A stretch of 16,656 bases of DNA, from NCBI GenBank assembly GCA_964450845.1, contig CAYVGZ010000029.1:1-16656 (forward strand), given 5' to 3'. Source of the DNA: an uncultured Candidatus Bathyarchaeia archaeon (GTDB lineage Archaea > Thermoproteota > Bathyarchaeia > Bathyarchaeales > Bathycorpusculaceae). How positions within the stretch are numbered: the stretch's first letter is position 1; every line of letters begins with the position of its first letter. Made by a program: the position numbers and the translations under genes. Below the pieces are notes generated by a model. That model saw only the letters and a list, made by a program, of their open reading frames with translations, was not told the DNA's origin and did not search any database. Positions 1 to 7,997 of this stretch are shown piece by piece.

Positions 1-1649
1 CCAGCACCTGGATACCCAGCGCCTGGCGGCATGCCTCCAGGCGGTGTTGGAGGAGTCCTCATCTTTCCAGCAGCGATCACGTCGTCGATTTTCAGTATCA
101 TTGAAGCAGCTTCTGTTGCTGACTTTATTATTTGTTTCTTGACGGCTAGGGGTTCGAAAACTCCTGCTTCTGCCATTTCTTGAACTTTTCCAGAGAGAAC
201 TTCAATTCCAGCCCACTTTTCACCTTTTTCGTGGCGAACCCTCAGTTCGGATAATATGTCAATTGGGTCTAAACCTGCATTTTCAGTCAGCGTTGTTGGA
301 ACAGCTTCGAGGGCTTCTGCAAAACTTTTAACTGCAAGTTGTTCTCTTCCCGGAAGGGTTTCAGAATATTTCCTAAGCATTCGTGAAACCTCAAGCTCAG
401 GTGCTCCGCCCCCAGCTAGGATTCTCGGTTCTTCAACTATGTCTCGGACAACACATAAAGCATCGTGCACTGACCTTTCCGCTTCGTCTACTATACGCTC
501 TGTCCCACCCCTTATCAAAATTGTAACAGCCCGTGGATGTTTACAGCCTTCTACAAAAGTCATTTTATCATCGCCTATTTTGCGTTCCTCAACAAGACTC
601 GCGTAACCCAAGTCCTCTGGACCCATGTCATCCATGTTCGTTATTATTTTTCCACCAGTCGCCTTCGCAAGCTTCTCCATATCTGACTTTTTGATTCGCC
701 GAACTACAAGTATTCCTTTTCTAGCTAGAAAGTGTTGAGCCATGTCATCGATGCCTTTCTCGCATAAGATAACATTGGCGCCAACTGTAGCTATCTTTTC
801 AACCATTTCCTTTAGCATTTCTTCCTCTTGTTTCAGGAAAGCTTCCATTTGCTCTGGACTCTCGATGTTGATTTTTGCGTCGAACTCTGTTTTTTCAATC
901 TCTAGTGCTGTGTCGAGTAACGCTATTTTGGCTTTTTCCATACGCTTAGGCATCCCAGAATGCGTAACTTCCTTGTCTAAAACTATGCCTTGAATAAGTC
1001 TGGTTTCTGTTAACGATTCGCCGGGTTTCTTCTCAACTTTAACATCGTCCACGTCTGCCTTGTATTTACCGTCTTCCTTTTCAGCGACTTCAAGGATTGC
1101 TTTAACCGCTAAATCTGCCAAGTGTTGTCTGTACTCAGCCACTAGCTTGCTGGCCATGGATGTCATTGCAGCCTTTTTCAAGTATTCTTCAGTGTTTGAT
1201 TCTGTTGATATTGCTATTTTTTCCAAAACGTCCAGTGCTTTTTCTGAGGCTTTTTTGTATCCATCTATTATTATTGTTGGGTGAACGTTTTTCTCGATTA
1301 GCTCTTCAGCCTTGCTTAGTAGTTCTCCCGCTAGAATCACAGCGGTTGTTGTTCCGTCGCCAGCCTCGTTGTCCTGCGTTTTTGAAACTTCAACCATCAT
1401 TTTAGCTGCGGGATGCTGAATGTCCATTTCATCCAGAATCGTGCGCCCATCACTTGTTATTGTCGTATCGCCCATGCTGTCCACGAGCATTTTGTCCATG
1501 CCTTTCGGGCCTAATGCACTTTTCACGGTTTCAGCCACTATTTTTGCAGCCATAATGTTAGTATGCTGCGCTTCTCTCCCTCTACTTCTGCTTGAACCTT
1601 CCTTTAGCACCAAAACTGGAACACCGCCAGCTTGTGCAGATGATGACAA
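1..1649 (-). CDS. ths: Thermosome subunit (group II chaperonin), 3' end truncated by the window edge
   Basis: Manual translation from TTG at 1649 gives [18 protein letters not shown]...[12 protein letters not shown]...TSDGRTIL...GDGTTT (chaperonin ATP-binding motif)...GGGAPE...ILKIDDVI, then a Pro/Gly tail [29 protein letters not shown] lies 8 nt upstream. There is no stop inside the window, so the ORF track omits it. Confidence 0.97.
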   Translation of the reverse strand, partial: MSSSAQAGGVPVLVLKEGSSRSRGREAQHTNIMAAKIVAETVKSALGPKGMDKMLVDSMGDTTITSDGRTILDEMDIQHPAAKMMVEVSKTQDNEAGDGTTTAVILAGELLSKAEELIEKNVHPTIIIDGYKKASEKALDVLEKIAISTESNTEEYLKKAAMTSMASKLVAEYRQHLADLAVKAILEVAEKEDGKYKADVDDVKVEKKPGESLTETRLIQGIVLDKEVTHSGMPKRMEKAKIALLDTALEIEKTEFDAKINIESPEQMEAFLKQEEEMLKEMVEKIATVGANVILCEKGIDDMAQHFLARKGILVVRRIKKSDMEKLAKATGGKIITNMDDMGPEDLGYASLVEERKIGDDKMTFVEGCKHPRAVTILIRGGTERIVDEAERSVHDALCVVRDIVEEPRILAGGGAPELEVSRMLRKYSETLPGREQLAVKSFAEALEAVPTTLTENAGLDPIDILSELRVRHEKGEKWAGIEVLSGKVQEMAEAGVFEPLAVKKQIIKSATEAASMILKIDDVIAAGKMRTPPTPPGGMPPGAGYPGA

Positions 1650-1657
1650 ATCCAATA

Positions 1658-1665
1658 ACCTCCTT
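1658..1665 (-). promoter_or_regulatory. Shine-Dalgarno site of the thermosome gene
   Basis: Minus strand AAGGAGGT, 8 nt before the TTG start at 1649. Confidence 0.8.
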
Positions 1666-1692
1666 AATGCGTCTCAAAAAGAAACAGCATTA

Positions 1693-1709
1693 CAATATAA
1701 ATTTTTCTG
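1693..1709 (-). promoter_or_regulatory. BRE + TATA promoter of the thermosome gene
   Basis: Minus strand CAGAAAAA-TTTATATTG. The spacing predicts a start near 1670, giving a short leader that contains the SD. Confidence 0.7.
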
Positions 1710-1761
1710 AGAGGATAGTCGTAAAGATAGGTTTTCACATGTAAATCTTGAGGGAACACTG

Positions 1762-2871
1762 TTAACTTGGTTTAAGCATACTTTTTAGTCCTATTCCTGT
1801 CAGGATTATCAAAGCATTGTCATCTTTGGATACGTCTTTATTGTTGAGTTGTTTTTTGTAAGCTGCATAAGCAACGGCTGAGCTTGGTTCGACGAAGAAG
1901 CCTTTTCTAGTAAGCGTTATGAAGGCATTGAATATTTCATCTTCTTCAACCATAACTGCATCGCCATATACTTCTCTCAGATTTTTGACCATAAGGTCTA
2001 GTAGTGGCGGATTTACGCTCACTAAGGCATCGGCAATTGATGTTATCTTTGAAGGTGTGGTGTAATGCAGGTTTTTAAAGCGGTGGTAAAAGGGTGAAAC
2101 TTGCCGTGTTTGACAAGCCACTATTTTTGGCATGGCTTCTATCATGTTGGACTTGGCTAAATGCTTAAACCCGTTTATCACGCCTAAAAGCAGAGTCCCA
2201 GCGGAAACTGGCAAGTAAATGCGTTCTGGAACTTGCCAGTCAAGTTGCTCACCTATTTCATAGGCAAGGCTTCTTATTCCATCCCTAAAAAGAGGATGAA
2301 GAATATGCCCAACGTAGAATTTTCCTTTTTCAATTTTTTGGGCTTCCTGTGCAACTTTGCTTCGGCTTCCTGATACTTTGACAACTTCTGCGCCGTAAAA
2401 TTGGATTTGATTAATTTTGGGGCTGGAAACATTTTTGGGGACATAGATTTTTGCTCTTAAGCTTGCGCGGGTGGCATAGGCGGCTATTGAAGCACCTGCA
2501 TTGCCTGAGGAATCTTCGGAAAGATAACCGCGAGCTTTTTTCACTGGTTTATGTAAAGTGGAGATTAGTGTTGTTGAGCCTCTGTCTTTGAAGGATCCTG
2601 TTGGATTTGAACTTTCAAGTTTAAGGTAGGTGTTGCCTGAAAACTTGATTAGGGGTGTCCAGCCTTCGCCTAAAGTTATGATTTCGGTTTCGTTTACGTA
2701 TGGAAAAAATTTTGTGTAACGCCAAACAGTATAATTTTTCTTCTTGATTTTTCCAGTTTCAAAATTGTAGTCGAGTTGGATGTCTAGTGGTTGACCACAG
2801 GATGCACACTTGTAATTAAGTATGTTTGGAGAGGATTTGCCGCATGCGGAGCATTTGATTTCAAACTCCAT
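1762..2871 (-). CDS. thrC: Threonine synthase-like PLP-dependent enzyme (fold type II) with N-terminal zinc ribbon
   Basis: N-terminal CSAC...CASC, LGEGWTPL, PLP lysine in LKLESSNPTGSFKDRG, SSGNAG, PVSAGTLLLG, EPSSA, LTGIGLK. The exact substrate is uncertain because archaea carry several ThrC paralogs. Confidence 0.85.
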   Translation of the reverse strand: MEFEIKCSACGKSSPNILNYKCASCGQPLDIQLDYNFETGKIKKKNYTVWRYTKFFPYVNETEIITLGEGWTPLIKFSGNTYLKLESSNPTGSFKDRGSTTLISTLHKPVKKARGYLSEDSSGNAGASIAAYATRASLRAKIYVPKNVSSPKINQIQFYGAEVVKVSGSRSKVAQEAQKIEKGKFYVGHILHPLFRDGIRSLAYEIGEQLDWQVPERIYLPVSAGTLLLGVINGFKHLAKSNMIEAMPKIVACQTRQVSPFYHRFKNLHYTTPSKITSIADALVSVNPPLLDLMVKNLREVYGDAVMVEEDEIFNAFITLTRKGFFVEPSSAVAYAAYKKQLNNKDVSKDDNALIILTGIGLKSMLKPS

Positions 2872-2936
2872 GTGGTAGCGCCTGTTTACGTTTTTAGAAA
2901 ACTGCGTATTTAACTTTAGACGTTGCAGTGTATGAG

Positions 2937-2950
2937 CGAAACTTTTATTA
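2937..2950 (+). promoter_or_regulatory. Candidate BRE/TATA promoter for etfBA in the divergent thrC/etfB spacer
   Basis: CGAAAC-TTTTATTA about 60 nt upstream of the etfB TTG. Confidence 0.35.
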
Positions 2951-3009
2951 TCATAGTTTTTTAACGGTGTATTTCCTTACTCGGGAATGGGTGTTGGAAG
3001 TAGAAGGGT

Positions 3010-3798
3010 TTGAAGAGGATAATTGTTTGCCTTAAACAGGCTGTTGATGTGTCACAGCTAAGGGTGGATTCTGCGACAAGGCAGCTTTTGGTAGCCAGTG
3101 CACCTAGAAAGATGAGTGATTTTGACAAGAATGCTTTGGAAGAAGCTATAAGGGTTAAGGAGAAGCTGGGCGATGTTGAAATATTCACATTAACAGTAAC
3201 GTCAGAAGATGCCAAGGCTGTTGTGCGAGAAGCACTTGCGATGGGCGCTGACAAAGCGTATGTTGTCTATGATTCAAGCCTTAAGGATATTGACACTTTG
3301 AGCACAGCTCACATTCTAGCGGAAGCAATTAAAAAAATTGGCGGGTTTGATTTGGTTCTTTGCGGTGAAACGTCTTTAGATAGTTTTTCGGGGCTTGTTG
3401 GTTCAAGATTGGCTGAGTTGCTTAATTTGCCGCAGATAAGTTCTGTGAGGAAGCTTTCTGTTGAAGGCGATGCTGTCGTTGCGGAGCGTGCGCTTGAGGA
3501 GGCTGTTGAAACTGTAAAGGCGAAAATGCCAGTTTTGATGATGGTTACTCGTGAGATTAATCAGCCGAGGATTCCTTCGCTTATGATGATTATGAAGGCT
3601 TCTAAAAAGGAGATAGTCACGTGGACGGTTGCTGATTTGGGCGTTCAGAAGGATAAGCTTGGTTCAAAGATTGAGGTGATTGAGGTTTTGGCGCCTAAAA
3701 CGGAGCGTAAGAAAATAAGGATTACTGGTGAGAGTGTGCAGGAGATTGCGGATAAGTTGGCTAGGGCGTTGATTGAGGAAGGTGTTGTGGGAAGGTGA
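3010..3798 (+). CDS. etfB: Electron transfer flavoprotein beta subunit (EtfB/FixA family)
   Basis: IIVCLKQ, DKNALEEA, REALAMGADKA, DLVLCGE, G.VGSRLAELLNLP, INQPRIPS. TTG start. Directly followed by etfA. Confidence 0.95.
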   Translation: MKRIIVCLKQAVDVSQLRVDSATRQLLVASAPRKMSDFDKNALEEAIRVKEKLGDVEIFTLTVTSEDAKAVVREALAMGADKAYVVYDSSLKDIDTLSTAHILAEAIKKIGGFDLVLCGETSLDSFSGLVGSRLAELLNLPQISSVRKLSVEGDAVVAERALEEAVETVKAKMPVLMMVTREINQPRIPSLMMIMKASKKEIVTWTVADLGVQKDKLGSKIEVIEVLAPKTERKKIRITGESVQEIADKLARALIEEGVVGR

Positions 3799-3805
3799 AG
3801 GTGGC

Positions 3806-4771
3806 ATGAGTGAACATGAGGGAGTTATGGTTTTTTCAGAGAAGTATGATTTGATGTTGGAGATGCTTGGGAAGGGACGGGAAATTGCGGATGAACTGCA
3901 CACGAGTTTGGCGGCTGTTTTGGTTGGGTTTAATGTGCAGGGAAAGGCGGATGAACTGATAAAGTGTGGGGCGGATAAGGTTTATCTTGTTGATGATCAG
4001 GCTTTGGAGCATTTTCAGATAGAGGCTTACCTAAGCGTTTTGCATAATTTAGCAGTGAGTTACAAGCCAGAAATCATTTTGATTGGTTCGACGAGGAATG
4101 GGAAGCCGCTTGCTGCGAGGCTTGCAACTCGGCTTGAAGCTGGATGCGTTCCAGACTGCAACAGATTGAGCGTTGACGAAAAGAGAAGGCTGGTTGGCGA
4201 GAGAATAACTTATGGTGGAAATGCTACGGCAAAAATAGCTTTCACAGCTAAACCGCAAATAGCAACGGTTCCACAGAGAGCATTTGAAAAACCAGAGCGG
4301 AAAGATCGAAGTGGACAGGTGATAAAGTTGGATGTTAAGATTGAAGAGCCGAAAACTGAGATTGTTGAAACTAAACCGCTTAAAGTTTCAAGCGTTAGGA
4401 TTGAAGATGCTGAAGTAATAATTAGTTGTGGAAGAGGCTTGGGAAAGAAGGAAGACAAAGTTTTGTTGGACGAGTTGGCGACGGTTTTGTGTGGACAGGT
4501 TGGATGTTCGAGACCTTTGGCTGAGGATAGGAAGTGGTTTACGGAGTGGGTCGGGTTGTCTGGGCATAAGGTGAAGCCAAAATTGTATATTGCTTGTGGG
4601 ATTTCGGGTGTGATTCAGCATGTGGCTGGGATTCGTGATGCGAAAGTGATTGTGGCGATTAACAAAGATGAGAATGCACCGATTTTTGAGGTTGCAGATT
4701 ATGGGGTTGTTGGCAACTTGTATGAGATATTGCCAGCGTTGAAAGAAGCGTTAAAGAATCAACTTGAATAG
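3806..4771 (+). CDS. etfA: Electron transfer flavoprotein alpha subunit (EtfA/FixB family), 321 aa
   Basis: GADKVY, RLATRLEAGCVPDC, IEDAEVIISCGRG, GCSRP, VGLSG..VKPKLYIACGISGVIQH..GI, IVAINKDENAPIF..ADYGVVG. Start placed at ATG 3806, after AGGTGG and just past the etfB stop, rather than at the track's 3773. Confidence 0.95.
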   Translation: MSEHEGVMVFSEKYDLMLEMLGKGREIADELHTSLAAVLVGFNVQGKADELIKCGADKVYLVDDQALEHFQIEAYLSVLHNLAVSYKPEIILIGSTRNGKPLAARLATRLEAGCVPDCNRLSVDEKRRLVGERITYGGNATAKIAFTAKPQIATVPQRAFEKPERKDRSGQVIKLDVKIEEPKTEIVETKPLKVSSVRIEDAEVIISCGRGLGKKEDKVLLDELATVLCGQVGCSRPLAEDRKWFTEWVGLSGHKVKPKLYIACGISGVIQHVAGIRDAKVIVAINKDENAPIFEVADYGVVGNLYEILPALKEALKNQLE

Positions 4772-4817
4772 GCTCGCAAAAAAGTATAGCCCCTCTATAA
4801 ATACGTTGAACTTTAGG

Positions 4818-4851
4818 TTGGTAGTTTGAGCATTATTAATCGGGCTACCAA
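4818..4851 (+). other. RNA hairpin with G-U pairs downstream of etfA
   Basis: UUGGUAGUUUGA (4818-4829) pairs with UCGGGCUACCAA (4840-4851): 12 bp with three G-U wobbles and a 10-nt loop. The wobbles pair only on the + strand. Confidence 0.5.
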
Positions 4852-5076
4852 TAACCCCTAGTCAGGACGGCGTTCAAACTCTTGGGTTCAGTGATGGGGT
4901 GGTGGGATGATTTACTTTTTCCAGTTGAAATTCCCCACGTTTGGAAGCCGAAAACTGAACCTGTCTCATTTTGGAAAGTAGCATGCAAGTTTCCTTAAAT
5001 CTGTCTGTCAAAGCGTGAAAGGAAACTGTTAAACTTGTGAGAAAGACATTTACAGGGCTAAAGAAGCAGTGGAGCT

Positions 5077-5880
5077 ATGAAAGATATGAACTTAGGTATG
5101 GCTGATTATCCAAGCTTAGAAGGACCACTCGAGAATTTTTTAAACTTCGCTTCTAAGCTGAAGATCCGTGTTCTTGAACTTAAATTGGATAGACTCGAAT
5201 TGCTCGTTGCCCTTTCTAAAACCGATAAAGTGTTCGAAATCAAAAATTTACTAAACTCTTACGATTTCAAATATTTTGTTCACGCTCCTAATATTGACAT
5301 TAATTTGGCAAGCGTAAACTCACTCCTTAAAGGGGCCTCTAAGAAAACTGTTTTGAAAGCGTTAAGTTTTGCCGTTGCGCTGGATGCTGAACTGCTTGTT
5401 TCTCATGTCGGCCGTTTATCGAGAGACCATCCACAGAGACTTGTTAGAAAGGCCATGAAAAATGCCATAGATTCTTTAAGAAGAATTAACCAAGTTTCTA
5501 ATGATTTGGGCATGGTTTTCACGATAGAAAATGACCACAAATCCAGTGATTATGTTCTTGCTGGATACCCAGAGCAAATAAACTTTCTTATTGAGAATGT
5601 TGGATGTAAATTGACTTTTGATATAGGTCACGCTAACACCATCGGGAAAATTGAGGGTTTCACAAAATTGTTACACAAATTTATCGTCAATGTGCACCTC
5701 CATGACAACAATGGCAGGGAAGACGAACATCTACCTATTGGAAAAGGAAGCATAGACTTTATAGGAGTGTTTAGAAGAATGAAAGACTGGTGGAGCGAGA
5801 AACCGTTGATCATCGAGTGCCACAGTTTTGAAGGAATAAAGGAGAGCATAGATTTTATGAGACAAGAGTTATTTTTTTAA
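5077..5880 (+). CDS. Sugar phosphate isomerase/epimerase (xylose-isomerase-like / AP endonuclease family 2 TIM barrel)
   Basis: Metal-site motifs HAP, H.G, IEN, FDIGHA, HLHDNNG..DEHLPIGKGSIDF, IIE. Confidence 0.88.
   Translation: MKDMNLGMADYPSLEGPLENFLNFASKLKIRVLELKLDRLELLVALSKTDKVFEIKNLLNSYDFKYFVHAPNIDINLASVNSLLKGASKKTVLKALSFAVALDAELLVSHVGRLSRDHPQRLVRKAMKNAIDSLRRINQVSNDLGMVFTIENDHKSSDYVLAGYPEQINFLIENVGCKLTFDIGHANTIGKIEGFTKLLHKFIVNVHLHDNNGREDEHLPIGKGSIDFIGVFRRMKDWWSEKPLIIECHSFEGIKESIDFMRQELFF
5872..5878 (+). terminator. Possible archaeal oligo-T terminator overlapping the stop of the TIM-barrel gene
   Basis: T7 run, followed by a TATA-like element for the next gene. Confidence 0.3.
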
Positions 5881-5896
5881 TCCATTACGTTATTAG

Positions 5897-5910
5897 CCAA
5901 ACATTATAAT
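5897..5910 (+). promoter_or_regulatory. Candidate BRE/TATA promoter for the IPCT/DIPPS fusion
   Basis: GCCAAACA-TTATAA upstream of the SD-like GGGGTGA (5928-5934) and ATG 5942. Confidence 0.4.
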
Positions 5911-5941
5911 TTGCGCGTTGATGAAATGGGGTGAATTGCCG

Positions 5942-7825
5942 ATGCTTCCTGTCGTCATCATTGCTGGAGGAGTAGCTTCTAGACTAGAGCCTTACTCTGA
6001 AGAGACGCATAAATGCCTCATGGAGTTGGAGCCTAACGTAACAATATTGGACTTTATCCTGCAAAGGATCGAGAAGACCAATTCACCTCGCATACTTATC
6101 GTGGTAAGACCCCAATTCAAAAACACATTCGAAGAAAAGCTGAAAGAGAAGGCGGAACTAATAGAAACAGACGTTCAAGAATTTGGCAGTTTGTATAGCG
6201 TTAGCTTAGCAATGAAACGCTTAGACGCAAGCCCCTTTCTCCTCTTAATGTCTGATCATATATTTGAACAATCAATACTCGACAGAGTACTATCACTCAA
6301 AAGTCAAGCAGCCTTCACTGTTTGCCTCGACAAGCAGCCTTCGCGAGCCGAGGCAGGAGAAGGGCTTAAGCTTGCATTAGGAGGTGGAGCAGTAGTGTAC
6401 GCTGATAAGACCATCTCTCCTCGGTATGGGATAGACACAGGTATAATATTATGTCGTGAAAATTCAAAGGAGTACGTAGAAAGGGCGATAGAAAACTTGG
6501 GCTTTAAAGCAACCATAGCTGATGCACTTAACCTTGCTGCGGTCGATGGCAAAGTAGATTATGTGGATGTTACGGGGAAACTGTGGAAAGATGTGGATAC
6601 ACCTGAAGACTTGGTTAAAGCAAGGAAGGTTTATTGGCAAATATTAAGAAAGGAGCTTACTAAACCTGAAGATGGATTGGTCTCCAAATACCTTAACAGG
6701 CCAATATCCACACGCATTTCTATCACCGCTTATCGAAGAGGCTTCAGGATAGAACCGCTTACAGTAACATTGGTATCGTTCATTCTTGGCTTATCGGCGA
6801 GTGTTCTGCTAGCGATGAGAGCATTCATTCTGGGAGGCTTACTTGTGCAACTAGCATCTATAATAGATGGAGTAGATGGTGAACTTGCAAGACTTTATCG
6901 TAAAGCCAAACCATGGGGTGGCTACTTGGACTCAGTACTAGATCGCATTTCAGACATCGCCATAGTAGCAGGGTTAACCTTATCTTTGCCGATTATAGAT
7001 GGCTTCACTCTTTTGTTTGCCATACTTGCGGCTGCCAATGTGATATTCGTAAGTTACGTGACTCACAATTTGAGTAGCCTAGGCGTAAGCACCGAGAAGC
7101 TGAGAAAGATACCTGCAACGAGAGATGTAAGGTTATTCATAGTTTTCATAACATCGCTTCTTTCATTGCCCATCCTCGGCCTATACTATCTAGCCGTGGT
7201 CCCTGTGTTCTACCTATGTTACTCGTTAACGCTTGCTTACGAGATGAGGAGAGAAGAAAGTAAACTGGAAAGGGTTAGCAGAGAGCCCAAACCAGAAGTT
7301 CTTGTCGAAAGAAAAGAAATAAGCAGTAAAATCGAAAGCCTAATCTCTAATTCCATCAAATTAGGTTTAGCACTCCTCGTTGTTTATATGATTACTCCAG
7401 TAGTTTCAGGAATTACACTGATGAGCCTTAATGGTTTGACACTAAACTCAGACAATCTCTTAACGGCTCTAAACTTGACTTTCGTTATATATTTCGGATA
7501 TCGAATAATGATGGCCTTGAAAGTCTTAATTGACTTCATAGCCAAAAGGTTAGTGAGTGCGGTTGCAGTTACAGAAACCACACTTAGACATATACTAGTT
7601 GACTGCCTCTACATTGTTTTGGCCGCGCTACTTTGGATATACTTGCCCTCTCAGCTCAATAGCTACGTGGGCGAGTGGGCTTCCAGGTCGGCTTCATTAA
7701 TAATTTTCGCCTTCTTCCTATTGATTCTCTATGACTTGGCCAAGCTTCTTTACAGGACTTTTGGAGATTTCTATAAAGAAATGGTAGAGAAAATAGCTAA
7801 AAAACTTCATGAAAGCTCTCAATAA
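5942..7825 (+). CDS. Fusion of NTP-transferase (IPCT-like cytidylyltransferase), CDP-alcohol phosphotransferase (DIPPS-like) and an extra C-terminal membrane domain, ~627 aa
   Basis: N-terminal IIAGGVASRL...HKCL, MSDH, W.DVDTPEDL. Linker KPEDGLVSKYLNRPIS resembles IPCT/DIPPS. Full CDP-AP signature DGVDGELAR...GGYLDSVLDRISD. About 190 extra residues contain roughly four hydrophobic segments. Start chosen from SD GGGGTGA 7 nt upstream of 5942; ATG 5921 is the alternative. Confidence 0.85.
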   Translation: MLPVVIIAGGVASRLEPYSEETHKCLMELEPNVTILDFILQRIEKTNSPRILIVVRPQFKNTFEEKLKEKAELIETDVQEFGSLYSVSLAMKRLDASPFLLLMSDHIFEQSILDRVLSLKSQAAFTVCLDKQPSRAEAGEGLKLALGGGAVVYADKTISPRYGIDTGIILCRENSKEYVERAIENLGFKATIADALNLAAVDGKVDYVDVTGKLWKDVDTPEDLVKARKVYWQILRKELTKPEDGLVSKYLNRPISTRISITAYRRGFRIEPLTVTLVSFILGLSASVLLAMRAFILGGLLVQLASIIDGVDGELARLYRKAKPWGGYLDSVLDRISDIAIVAGLTLSLPIIDGFTLLFAILAAANVIFVSYVTHNLSSLGVSTEKLRKIPATRDVRLFIVFITSLLSLPILGLYYLAVVPVFYLCYSLTLAYEMRREESKLERVSREPKPEVLVERKEISSKIESLISNSIKLGLALLVVYMITPVVSGITLMSLNGLTLNSDNLLTALNLTFVIYFGYRIMMALKVLIDFIAKRLVSAVAVTETTLRHILVDCLYIVLAALLWIYLPSQLNSYVGEWASRSASLIIFAFFLLILYDLAKLLYRTFGDFYKEMVEKIAKKLHESSQ

Positions 7826-7997
7826 CGGTTGTTGTTAATTCGAAGTGAGAAATTTAAAGAGATAAGTCACGTATCCCGGGCTACCAAATGCTTTGTGTTT
7901 GGGCGCGCGTGGAACAACACCAGACCCATCTATTTGAAGCTGGATATGTTTAACCGTGACATGTTTCTGGCTCGCGATATACAGTATGGACGAGTGT

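Noticed and set aside
256-1710. Five + strand ORFs in the track (256-606, 742-993, 1060-1284, 1160-1405, 1420-1710)
   Set aside because: They are antisense shadows of the thermosome gene with no motifs.
4866-4885. GTTCAAACTC resembles a tRNA T-loop
   Set aside because: No T-stem, cloverleaf or acceptor stem can be built around it.
4926-4938. TGAAATTCCCCAC resembles part of the FMN riboswitch, which was tempting next to flavoprotein genes
   Set aside because: The flanking conserved blocks (AGGGC.GGG before, CGG.GGT after, second GAAATTCC, AGTCCGGATG) are missing.
4894-4998. 34-aa Trp-rich + strand sORF MGWWDDLLFPVEIPHVWKPKTEPVSFWKVACKFP
   Set aside because: No clear SD, no recognisable family, and the length is expected by chance. 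It overlaps the stems and cannot be supported without Ribo-seq.
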